Shown here: in pieces, positions 53,364 to 61,972 of the stretch
Position numbering within the stretch: position 1 is the first letter of the stretch
How the letters are laid out: each line of letters begins with the position of its first letter
Assembly (NCBI GenBank): GCA_016292135.1
Contig: JAEFAZ010000010.1
Coordinates: 7,560-71,559, forward strand
Length of the DNA stretch: 64,000 bases
Direction of reading: 5' to 3'
Source of the DNA: Saccharofermentans sp.
GTDB lineage: Bacteria > Bacillota > Clostridia > Saccharofermentanales > Saccharofermentanaceae
The notes under the pieces: model-generated
What the model was told of the DNA's origin: nothing
What the model saw: the letters and a program-made list of their open reading frames with translations, nothing else
The model's database searches: none
Made by a program: the position numbers and the translations under genes

Positions 53364-54431
53364 TTACTGGTCGTATGTTGCCTTAAGGAGTAGATACTCC
53401 GCTATCTCTATCATTATAACAGACAGAACATAATAGACTGTCATGGGAATGGCAACGGGGATAAGGTGGACGGCGAGCATGCAGATGAGATAATAGCTTA
53501 TGTATTTTGCAATGGACAGAGCAAGCCGTCTCACACCGGGCGTATAGAAGAAATTCCTGAAGACAATATATCTTTCTATGATAAAGCACAGGAGGAGATA
53601 AACGAGCCAGTTAAGAACGGTAATCACATAGAAAAATCCCACATGAAGGATATCGCTGAATATAAGCACCGTCAGGATATTCACGAGAAGCGCAATGGCC
53701 GCGCATGTGATCGTCTGCAGATATCTTACATAGATAAGGACCGTATCTCTCAAGGGCCTGAAGTGTGAATCCGCATTGTTGTCGATATATATGGCTTCGA
53801 TCGGTATCGTGGCTATCTCAAGGCCCTGCTTTTCCGCCATGAGGACGACATTGAGCTCGTAGTCGTACTTCTCTCCCCTGACCTTTAGCATCCAGTTGAT
53901 ATTGGATGTTGCAAAGCCTCTGAGACCCGACTGGTTATCGGGCAGATATCTCGCATTTGCGATCGCGAAAAAGAACCTCGACATGGTATTGCCGATCCTG
54001 GATCTTAAAGGAGCATCTTTCTTGATGCCGCGGACGGTAAGAACGATGTTGTTGCCCGACATGAGTGCCTGTGCAACCCTGCAGATGTCTTCAGGCCTGT
54101 GCTGGCCGTCACAGTCGCTGGTAACGACATAAGTATAGTTTTTCGCAGCAACGTACTCGAAGCCGTGCTTTAAGGCATGACCCTTGCCGCAGTTTACATC
54201 GTAACCCGTGACATCCGCTCCCAGCTGTCTGCATTGAGAAAAGATCTCCTCATATTCCGGACCGCTTCCGTCGTTTACGATCACGGCATCCAACCCTTGC
54301 CCGCGAAGATCGGAAATGAGCTTTACGAGCCTCGGACCGGGCTTATATGACGGTATCAGGACCACGACATCAGAGTAGTCGATATTGCCGCTTTCGGATA
54401 TTCTCTTATCGATCGCTTTAGCCGTCATCAA
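53364..54431 (-). CDS. GT2 glycosyltransferase fused to a GtrA-like membrane domain
   Basis: IPSYKP, VNDGS, GKGHALK, DCDGQH, DNQSGLRG; 4 C-terminal TM helices. Confidence 0.87.
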   Translation of the reverse strand: MMTAKAIDKRISESGNIDYSDVVVLIPSYKPGPRLVKLISDLRGQGLDAVIVNDGSGPEYEEIFSQCRQLGADVTGYDVNCGKGHALKHGFEYVAAKNYTYVVTSDCDGQHRPEDICRVAQALMSGNNIVLTVRGIKKDAPLRSRIGNTMSRFFFAIANARYLPDNQSGLRGFATSNINWMLKVRGEKYDYELNVVLMAEKQGLEIATIPIEAIYIDNNADSHFRPLRDTVLIYVRYLQTITCAAIALLVNILTVLIFSDILHVGFFYVITVLNWLVYLLLCFIIERYIVFRNFFYTPGVRRLALSIAKYISYYLICMLAVHLIPVAIPMTVYYVLSVIMIEIAEYLLLKATYDQ

Positions 54432-54443
54432 GTCTTCTCCGGA

Positions 54444-56345
54444 TCACATATAAAGGTTGGTGTCAACGCCGTTCGTTATCTTGGAATAATCTATCGTATC
54501 GAAGTACAAGTAATAGATCTTATCACCGTCTGAAAGCCCTGAAAGGACCTCCACATACTCGGCATCAGATTTACCTGTCGTGATCTCACGGAGACCCGTC
54601 AGTTCTCCGGTCTCCTGATCTTTTTCGGTATAAACATATGCCTTGTTGTTCTGACTCTTTATCGCGGCGATAGGGATCGCGAGCACAGGTTCTGACTTGA
54701 TCTCTATCGTAACCTTTGCATTCATGCCCTCTTTCAGATCGGGAATGCGGTCGAAAGAAACGGTAACCTGATAAACAGCTTTCTTTCCTGAAAGGGTACC
54801 CTTGTTGGAAATCTTCTTGATCCTGCCTTCCAGATCCCTGTCGCTCATGGAAATGGGATTGATCTTGCAGATCATGCCTTCCTCCATCAGGACCACGTTC
54901 TTGTCTTCAACCTTGATGGTAATATCGTATGAATCGTTCTCCTCTATGGAATAAAGGATCTTTTTCTCATTGATATACTGCTTCTCTACCATTTCATCCG
55001 CAGAAGGACCGTTCATGTCAGCCGTGCCGGGATCCATCGTTCCGGCACCGTTTATAAGCGCATAATATTGTGCCGGGTCAAAACCTGCGGGGAAATCTCC
55101 ATATCCGGGAGGCATCGTGGGGACCGTAGGATCACTGCCGGCCGGGGGCTCGCCGGGATCCGTATTGTCCGTAGGTTTGGTCTGGTCCGGTTCTGAAGGC
55201 TCTGTCGGCTCTTCATTGTTACCGGGCTCTTCATTGTCACGGAAGAGACTGCCGTTCTTTGAAGGAACATCAGCATCATCCTCATAGAGGTCTTCATCGA
55301 CACCTCTCAGGATACCGTCCTTGTCTGCATATATGTAGCCTGTCTCATAGACCTTGAGCATGTCCTTAAGATCATCGATAAGGTCTTCTCTCTGAGACAT
55401 CAGGGTGTCATATCTGTCTGAGTCAACATCATCTGTCAAAGTGATGAGCGTGTCATCCTGCTTAACGGCATCGCCCACTTTGACCTTTATGTTCTTGACC
55501 TTGCCTGCGAAAGAAACAACCTTGAGCGGGCAGTTAACATAAAGCTCTCCTTCGCCGATGACATTGCCTTCGTATATGACCTCTATCTTGTCGGAAAGGG
55601 CAGCGTTCTTGTCAGAGAAAGTGACCTTCATCTTGCCGTCTGAGTAAGAAGCGACTCTGCCCTTGATCTCAGTGCCGTCCTTAAGCTTGCCCTTGACTGC
55701 CGTATCAACGCCGATAATGATATCCGTATTGATGTCAGCTGCCATCTTGCCGTCAACGGAAAGGATCATCAGTGCGCCCTTCTCATAAACGACATCAGAG
55801 ACATTGTCGGAACTTGCGGCATAAATAGCTTTGACCCTGCCGTCACACGGTGCTTTGATCTTGCTGCCGCTGTTATCGACTGCCTCCGTGTGAAGTTCCT
55901 TATCAAGATCCAGTATCATCTTTCTTGTGTTTTCCATCGAAGATACGAGAGATACAAGATCGGCTGTTCCGATGATATCTCCCTCTTTGACGGTATCACC
56001 GTTCTTATAGAAGAGCTTGTCGAATTCTATCCCGGAAATGACTTCGATATCGTCCTTATCTGCAGACTTTATCTTGCCAGTGAAGACGACCTTGTTTTCG
56101 ATCATCCTCATGGCCGCGTTGGTCTCGATAAGGGATTGTTTGGTAAGATCATTCCCCTTCTCGGCGTTTTTCTTCGAATAATAGGTCAGGACATTAACGC
56201 CGATAATGTTTGCTGCAACTATTATCGCCACAACGATCAGCCAGACCTTGGAAGACTTTCTCTTCTTCTGTACGTGTTCATTGCTCCGGTCTTCCCTGCC
56301 GGGATCGAAGAGCATTTTATTATCATTCTGATTCTTTATTTCCAT
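54444..56345 (-). CDS. Membrane fusion (periplasmic adaptor-like) protein, paralog 2
   Basis: N-terminal TM; lipoyl half-motifs (GDTVKEGD, KAPCDGRV, GDAVKQDD, YADKDGI); VLAIP..A, VEVLSGL. Confidence 0.82.
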   Translation of the reverse strand: MEIKNQNDNKMLFDPGREDRSNEHVQKKRKSSKVWLIVVAIIVAANIIGVNVLTYYSKKNAEKGNDLTKQSLIETNAAMRMIENKVVFTGKIKSADKDDIEVISGIEFDKLFYKNGDTVKEGDIIGTADLVSLVSSMENTRKMILDLDKELHTEAVDNSGSKIKAPCDGRVKAIYAASSDNVSDVVYEKGALMILSVDGKMAADINTDIIIGVDTAVKGKLKDGTEIKGRVASYSDGKMKVTFSDKNAALSDKIEVIYEGNVIGEGELYVNCPLKVVSFAGKVKNIKVKVGDAVKQDDTLITLTDDVDSDRYDTLMSQREDLIDDLKDMLKVYETGYIYADKDGILRGVDEDLYEDDADVPSKNGSLFRDNEEPGNNEEPTEPSEPDQTKPTDNTDPGEPPAGSDPTVPTMPPGYGDFPAGFDPAQYYALINGAGTMDPGTADMNGPSADEMVEKQYINEKKILYSIEENDSYDITIKVEDKNVVLMEEGMICKINPISMSDRDLEGRIKKISNKGTLSGKKAVYQVTVSFDRIPDLKEGMNAKVTIEIKSEPVLAIPIAAIKSQNNKAYVYTEKDQETGELTGLREITTGKSDAEYVEVLSGLSDGDKIYYLYFDTIDYSKITNGVDTNLYM

Positions 56346-56351
56346 GTCAGA

Positions 56352-57575
56352 TCAACCCCCATAATGAAGCGCATCGATAGGATTCATCTTTGCCGCCTTG
56401 TTGGCAGGATACAATCCGAAAAGGATGCCTATTACAAAACAGAACGTCACGGCGAGAATGACTATCGTCGGATCCATTCCGAATTCCACGCCGAGCGAAG
56501 CGGTAATGAGGGAGCCCGTCTTGAGGAGCAGCCAGGAGAAGAATATGCCTATTCCGCATCCGATAAGACATATGACAACGGACTCGAACAGGAACTGACG
56601 AAGGATAACGCCCCTGGATGCGCCGATCGCCTTGCGGATACCGATCTCCCTTGTTCTCTCGGTAACGGTAACGAGCATTATGTTCATGATGCCGATACCT
56701 CCGACAAGCAGCGAGATTCCGGCTATGGCTCCGAGCACGACAGACAAAACCGAAGTGATGTTGCCGAGTGCGTCTTCTATGGCTGAGATATCATAGATCT
56801 CATAATTAGCGTCCTTGTAGTCCCTTTTGAAGAGGGTCTCGGCATCGGACTTGACCTGATCGATCGTATAACCGTCCTGGGCGCTTATATAGAGCGAACA
56901 GGAAGTGGTATATCCGGTTATGGAATTTTCGGAGATGATCCCGTAAGGGACATAGACAGTATAACCGTAGCCGACAATTGCTTCGAGCGTGTTAAAGTTG
57001 TCATCGAGTACACCTACTATCGTATAATCGTAATCACCTATGGTGAAAGTCTCTCCGACGCAATCGAAATAACCGATCTTGTCTTTCGCCATCTTCTCGG
57101 TGATAACGCAGACCATGCTGTTGTTATCACAGTCCGTCTGTGCAAGGGTCCTTCCCATCAGAAGTTTCTTGCCCATGATCTCAAAATAATCACTGGTAAC
57201 GCCTGACATCAGAACACCGGTATATTCATTATTGATAAGCGACCTTTCAAGGACCGAATACTCCATGCTGATCCCCTTGAAAGAAGGATTTTCTGCGATC
57301 CATTTATCCTGGGTTGCCTTATCTTTGATCTCCTCAGGCATATCTTCCCCGAACATGACATATACCATGTTGTTGCCGAGCGAACTGATCGTGCTGGTAA
57401 TGGAAGATGTTCCGCCGTTTACGAGACTTACAAGAACGACCAGGGCGATAACGCCGATGATGATGCCGAGCATCGTAAGGAGAGATCTCATCTTGTTGCT
57501 CAGGATGGACTTGATGGCCATCCTGAATGATTGGACTATGCCGGAGTTAAATACGGCATCAAAGAACTTGATCAT
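56352..57575 (-). CDS. MacB/YknZ-type ABC permease
   Basis: RSLLTMLGIIIG, GIGIMNIMLVTVTERTREIGIRKAIGA, PANKAAKMNPIDAL. Confidence 0.93.
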   Translation of the reverse strand: MIKFFDAVFNSGIVQSFRMAIKSILSNKMRSLLTMLGIIIGVIALVVLVSLVNGGTSSITSTISSLGNNMVYVMFGEDMPEEIKDKATQDKWIAENPSFKGISMEYSVLERSLINNEYTGVLMSGVTSDYFEIMGKKLLMGRTLAQTDCDNNSMVCVITEKMAKDKIGYFDCVGETFTIGDYDYTIVGVLDDNFNTLEAIVGYGYTVYVPYGIISENSITGYTTSCSLYISAQDGYTIDQVKSDAETLFKRDYKDANYEIYDISAIEDALGNITSVLSVVLGAIAGISLLVGGIGIMNIMLVTVTERTREIGIRKAIGASRGVILRQFLFESVVICLIGCGIGIFFSWLLLKTGSLITASLGVEFGMDPTIVILAVTFCFVIGILFGLYPANKAAKMNPIDALHYGG

Positions 57576-58246
57576 TGTCTTGCCACCTCCGATACCTTTC
57601 CGTCCTTGATCCTGACGACACGCTTGGCTTCTGCAGCAACATCGGGATCGTGAGTAATGAGAACGATCGTGTTGCCGAGAGAATTGAGTTTCTTGAAGAT
57701 CTCAATGATGTCTCTGCTCGTGTGTGAATCAAGGTTGCCCGTCGGCTCGTCAGCCAGGATAAGAGAAGGATTGGTAACGATAGCCCTGGCTATCGCGACT
57801 CTCTGCTGCTGACCGCCTGACAGCTCTGTCGGAAGATGGTGGACACGGGTCTGCAGACCGACGGCGGCTACAGCCTCTTTGACCCTCTCGACTCTTTCGG
57901 ATCTCTTCATTCCCCTGTATATGAGGGGAAGCTCTATGTTTTCTTCAACAGTCATGTTGGAGATCAGATTAAAATTCTGGAATACGAAACCTATCTTACG
58001 GTTGCGTACTTCTGCGAGCTTGTTTTCCGTATAACACTCGATCGGGATCCCGTCGAGTATATAATCACCGGCATCAGCCTTATCGAGGCAGCCGATAACG
58101 TTCATTAGCGTCGATTTACCGGAACCGGAAGGTCCGATGACCGATACAAACTCGCCCTTATATACGTGCATCGTCACGTGGTCCAATGCGCATACTTCCT
58201 CCTCGCCGACGAGGTAGACTCTCGTTATATCCCTTAGATCGATCAT
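57572..58246 (-). CDS. MacB/YknY-type ABC ATPase
   Basis: GPSGSGKST, LSGGQQQRVAIARA, ADEPTGNLD. Confidence 0.95.
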   Translation of the reverse strand: MIDLRDITRVYLVGEEEVCALDHVTMHVYKGEFVSVIGPSGSGKSTLMNVIGCLDKADAGDYILDGIPIECYTENKLAEVRNRKIGFVFQNFNLISNMTVEENIELPLIYRGMKRSERVERVKEAVAAVGLQTRVHHLPTELSGGQQQRVAIARAIVTNPSLILADEPTGNLDSHTSRDIIEIFKKLNSLGNTIVLITHDPDVAAEAKRVVRIKDGKVSEVARQ

Positions 58247-60024
58247 TTTGCGTCACCCTGATCGCCGGATGTTGTATCTGAGGATCCTGCGGATCCGTTA
58301 TCTTCAGGAGCGTTGGAAGCTTCAGTTTCTTCAGTTGAGCTCTCAGACTCCTCACCATACATCATCTTGAGCATCTCGCTCTTATCCGACTCATAATATA
58401 CGATATCGCCTTCTTTTAATCCCTCTTTGATCTCCGTGAGATCATCATTGGAGATACCGGTCGTTACATAGACCATCCCCCCGAATTCACGCGTCTCGGA
58501 ATTGTATTCGGTATATACGAAAGTACCGCTTCCGGACTTATGCACTGCCGCAGTCTTTACCACAAGGACATCATCGGCATTCAAGACTTCGATCTTGACC
58601 TCAGCAAACATTCCGGCCCACATTTCATCCGTCTTATCGAAAAGGACCTTTACGGCATAAAGTCCGTTATCCTGATCGACAGGGTCATCAGATATTTCCG
58701 TGACCTCTCCTTCACCCTTATATTTCAAGGCTTCTATCTCTATCTTGGCCTTCATGCCTTCCTTGACCCTGAGAATGTCCTTCTCGGAGATCGCAACCTT
58801 AACGGCATAGGTCGTATCAGGCGAGATCTTGGCTACGCGCATATAACCGGTCTTTACTTCTTCTTCCTCTTCCTCGATGGCAGCAACATCACTGCCGCCC
58901 TTGCCCATCAATGCCGCATAATCGGAAGGGTCGACAGTCTGTGCATCCTGCTGATCATTGTTTTTGCCGTCGGGATCATAGATCATCTTAACGATGCCTT
59001 CATCTCCCGCAAAGATACCACCTTCCTTGTAGATCTTGAGATACTCATTGAGGGTGTCTTCCAGATCTTTCCTCTGCTTTAAGAGCGAATCATAATCTGC
59101 CGATATCTTGGTATCTGAAAGCGTAACAAGAACATCTCCCGCTTTGACCTTGTCATTGACCTTGCACTTGATGGTCTTGACCGTTCCCGTGTAACCTGTC
59201 ACAGGCAGGGGCTTGTTGATGCGGAGCTCGGCCTGGGCAAGTGTCTTATCTTCCTCATCCTTGACTGTGACCTTATCACCGGGCATCAGAGTCTTATCTG
59301 ATACCAGGATCAGAGCCTGACCTGCCTTAACGCGGCTGACCTGGCCCTTATTCTCGTTGCCGTCCTTGTCAACGATCACTACCTGATCTCCTGCCTTAAG
59401 GCTGCCTGCGGGAATATCGCATGCCATCTTGCCGTCAAGAGACAGCACGATCAGAGCGCCGTTTTCACAAACAATATCTGCAACAGTCTCTTCAGGCTGG
59501 CAGTAGATGACCTTGACCCTTCCTTCGAGAGGAGATTTGACCTTACCGGAGATCTTGTCATCAGCTACATCAGCAATAGACTTGTCGAGATTATCGATCT
59601 GTCCCTGAACCGATGAGATCGCATTCATGAGAGAGGATTCTGTAACTGTCATGAGCATCGTATCAGCCTTGACCCTGTCGCCCTCCTCGACAAAGACCTC
59701 ATCAACTTCAAGAGAGTTTCTGATATCAACATAGCTGACATCGGCAGGTCCTATTCCGCCGCCGCTTTCAACATACTGCGACAGGGATGTCTTTTCGACA
59801 GAGACCTCTTCCACGCTAAGATAAGTCTTGTTGATCATATCGTTGATCGCATTGACCGCCATGCCGATACCTACGGCTATAAGCGCAAACACCGCGACTA
59901 CACAGATCAGAACGATAATGATGACTTTTCTCTTCTTACGCTTGCGCATATCGCGCTGCATTCTAATAAGCTCGGAATTCGAGAGAGTCGAATTCCTGCT
60001 CTCAGCATCGGTTTTTTCAGACAT
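58243..60024 (-). CDS. Membrane fusion (periplasmic adaptor-like) protein, paralog 1
   Basis: N-terminal TM; VEEGDRVK, KSPLEGRV, KVNDKVKAGD, FAGDEGIV; TGISND, IKEGLKEGD. Confidence 0.82.
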   Translation of the reverse strand: MSEKTDAESRNSTLSNSELIRMQRDMRKRKKRKVIIIVLICVVAVFALIAVGIGMAVNAINDMINKTYLSVEEVSVEKTSLSQYVESGGGIGPADVSYVDIRNSLEVDEVFVEEGDRVKADTMLMTVTESSLMNAISSVQGQIDNLDKSIADVADDKISGKVKSPLEGRVKVIYCQPEETVADIVCENGALIVLSLDGKMACDIPAGSLKAGDQVVIVDKDGNENKGQVSRVKAGQALILVSDKTLMPGDKVTVKDEEDKTLAQAELRINKPLPVTGYTGTVKTIKCKVNDKVKAGDVLVTLSDTKISADYDSLLKQRKDLEDTLNEYLKIYKEGGIFAGDEGIVKMIYDPDGKNNDQQDAQTVDPSDYAALMGKGGSDVAAIEEEEEEVKTGYMRVAKISPDTTYAVKVAISEKDILRVKEGMKAKIEIEALKYKGEGEVTEISDDPVDQDNGLYAVKVLFDKTDEMWAGMFAEVKIEVLNADDVLVVKTAAVHKSGSGTFVYTEYNSETREFGGMVYVTTGISNDDLTEIKEGLKEGDIVYYESDKSEMLKMMYGEESESSTEETEASNAPEDNGSAGSSDTTSGDQGDAK

Positions 60025-60052
60025 TGTTTTTCCCCTTATCCTGTTTTTTATC

Positions 60053-60571
60053 TCAAACTTCGTTATCCTGATCTTCGAAGTTCAGATCTTTTGTAACATC
60101 ATACGGCTCGAACGTCGTATTTAGCACTTCCTGTGCTGCGGCATACTCGGCGTCAAGTTCCTTCTGAGCTTTGTCCGCCTCATCCTCCTCTGCCAGTGGA
60201 GCCTTGTTAAGGTCGATCCCGTCATACTTCTGGAAAGGATTCTGAGTCTTCTCGTATCCGCAATAGTAACACATCTTCTTAAAGATGTATTTCTCCATTG
60301 TCTGCAGCCCCCTGCCACAGGAAGGACATTTGATATCATCTGAATAATCGGTACGCACGGCAAGCCTGGAAGCGATATCGAGTTTGGCATCAAGTTCGGA
60401 ATAATCGATGCCTTTCTCCTTCATGAGCAGCCACATACCGTGAACGAGAACCTTAAGTTCATCAACATCATGCTTTATCTCATCAACAGTAATATCATCA
60501 GCAAACTCGTCAATGATCTTCTGCGCCTTGATCTCGTCTTTGGAGAGATTCATGAAATTCTTTTCATCCAT
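60053..60571 (-). CDS. Hypothetical protein with zinc ribbon
   Basis: CPSCG...CYYCG, helical N-terminus, acidic tail. Confidence 0.7.
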   Translation of the reverse strand: MDEKNFMNLSKDEIKAQKIIDEFADDITVDEIKHDVDELKVLVHGMWLLMKEKGIDYSELDAKLDIASRLAVRTDYSDDIKCPSCGRGLQTMEKYIFKKMCYYCGYEKTQNPFQKYDGIDLNKAPLAEEDEADKAQKELDAEYAAAQEVLNTTFEPYDVTKDLNFEDQDNEV

Positions 60572-60586
60572 AATGCCCCCGTCCCT

Positions 60587-61870
60587 TCATTTCTTGATCG
60601 CGTTGCAGAACTCCGCCAAAGAAGCCGCAACTTCGTATATATTACCACTATCCGCAAGAATTGTCTCATCATTCTCATTTGAGAGGAATCCCAGGTTCAG
60701 CTGGAAGGCATGGACGGAAGTGGCATAGTTTAAACCGGTGTAAGCTATCGTGCTTAAAACGCCGCCGTCTTCCATGTTTTCCGCCTCAGCTATCATCTTA
60801 GACAACATTTCACCTGTCTTGAGGTCTTTCGTCTTGTTCTTTCCGTATTCGGGAATGCATACCCTGACTCCCGTAAGAGCAGCATCATCCACGCTCCTGG
60901 CTTCGAGCCTTATAAAGACATCACAATCGGATGAAGTTGCCATCCTTGCCCTGTCCTGATTGGAAAGGTCGATATCATCAGTCGTCCTGGTCAAAACGAC
61001 CTTGGCACCGCACTTCTCAAGATATTCTTTGGCGGCCAGGGCATAGTCCAGTACGAGTTCCGATTCCTTAACTCCTGTCTTGACTCCCTCCCCGCCCTTC
61101 GTAGCAGCAGCCTTGAACGCGGTCTTGTCGGGAAGAAGGTCCTCGGTTGCAGTTGATGTCTCAGCCTGATGCATGGGATCTATGACTACCGTGATGCCGT
61201 CCAGGTCAGGAGCATCGCTCTTGAGAGGAAGCGGTGTCGGAGTTGCTGTCGGCTCGGCAGTAGTCTCACTGGTCGTCGAAGCAGATGTTTCCTTATCAGA
61301 GGCCTCCGTTTCAGATGCGGAACCTGACGGAGACGGCGTGTTTCCGGGCTTGCCTGATACAGCGGGACTCATAAAGAGGCTGTTGATCTCAGACATGTTG
61401 GTAAGATATGCAAGAGATAATGTAAAAAGGCATCCCAATACGACCATGACGGTCAGCACATTAACGATACGGTTGAAATTCGGCCTTTTGACTTCCTTTG
61501 CCTTATTCTTATCAGTCTTCTTCTCTTCCCCGGGTTTAACTGAAGACTGTTTCTTTTCCGGCTTTACGGGCTGTGCGGTCTTTTTGCCGGTCTGCTGAAC
61601 AGCTGCCTTTTGCTTCGGTTTCTGCTGATGCTTATCGGGAGCCCCCTTGGGCGCTTTAGCGGGAGCAGCCTGCTTTGCTTGAGGCCCGGGAGCTGATTTT
61701 CCGGAAGTTTTTGCCGTATTTGCCAGGATCTTTCTGATCGCGACATTACGTTCTTCCGCATCCATACTGCGGAAGCGTTCGTAAAGAGCCTTTTTCCTGT
61801 CCTTAGGCAAAGTGGACAGGAATTTCTCAAATCTTGCTTTCTCGCTTGAATTGAGACCCGGCATCAGCAT
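60587..61870 (-). CDS. Membrane-anchored N-acetylmuramoyl-L-alanine amidase (Amidase_3) fold, predicted inactive
   Basis: VIDPMH, KESEL, VVLTR, LSNQDRA, GFLSN; the third ligand His and catalytic Glu are substituted. Confidence 0.8.
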   Translation of the reverse strand: MLMPGLNSSEKARFEKFLSTLPKDRKKALYERFRSMDAEERNVAIRKILANTAKTSGKSAPGPQAKQAAPAKAPKGAPDKHQQKPKQKAAVQQTGKKTAQPVKPEKKQSSVKPGEEKKTDKNKAKEVKRPNFNRIVNVLTVMVVLGCLFTLSLAYLTNMSEINSLFMSPAVSGKPGNTPSPSGSASETEASDKETSASTTSETTAEPTATPTPLPLKSDAPDLDGITVVIDPMHQAETSTATEDLLPDKTAFKAAATKGGEGVKTGVKESELVLDYALAAKEYLEKCGAKVVLTRTTDDIDLSNQDRARMATSSDCDVFIRLEARSVDDAALTGVRVCIPEYGKNKTKDLKTGEMLSKMIAEAENMEDGGVLSTIAYTGLNYATSVHAFQLNLGFLSNENDETILADSGNIYEVAASLAEFCNAIKK

Positions 61871-61972
61871 TTCTCCTTCTTTTTATTGTTCTTTGAAGAT
61901 TATAACATTCTTGTATGAAATTCTTTCCGACTATTGTATATTTATTTTATAAAAACATTTTGCGGGGCATTT

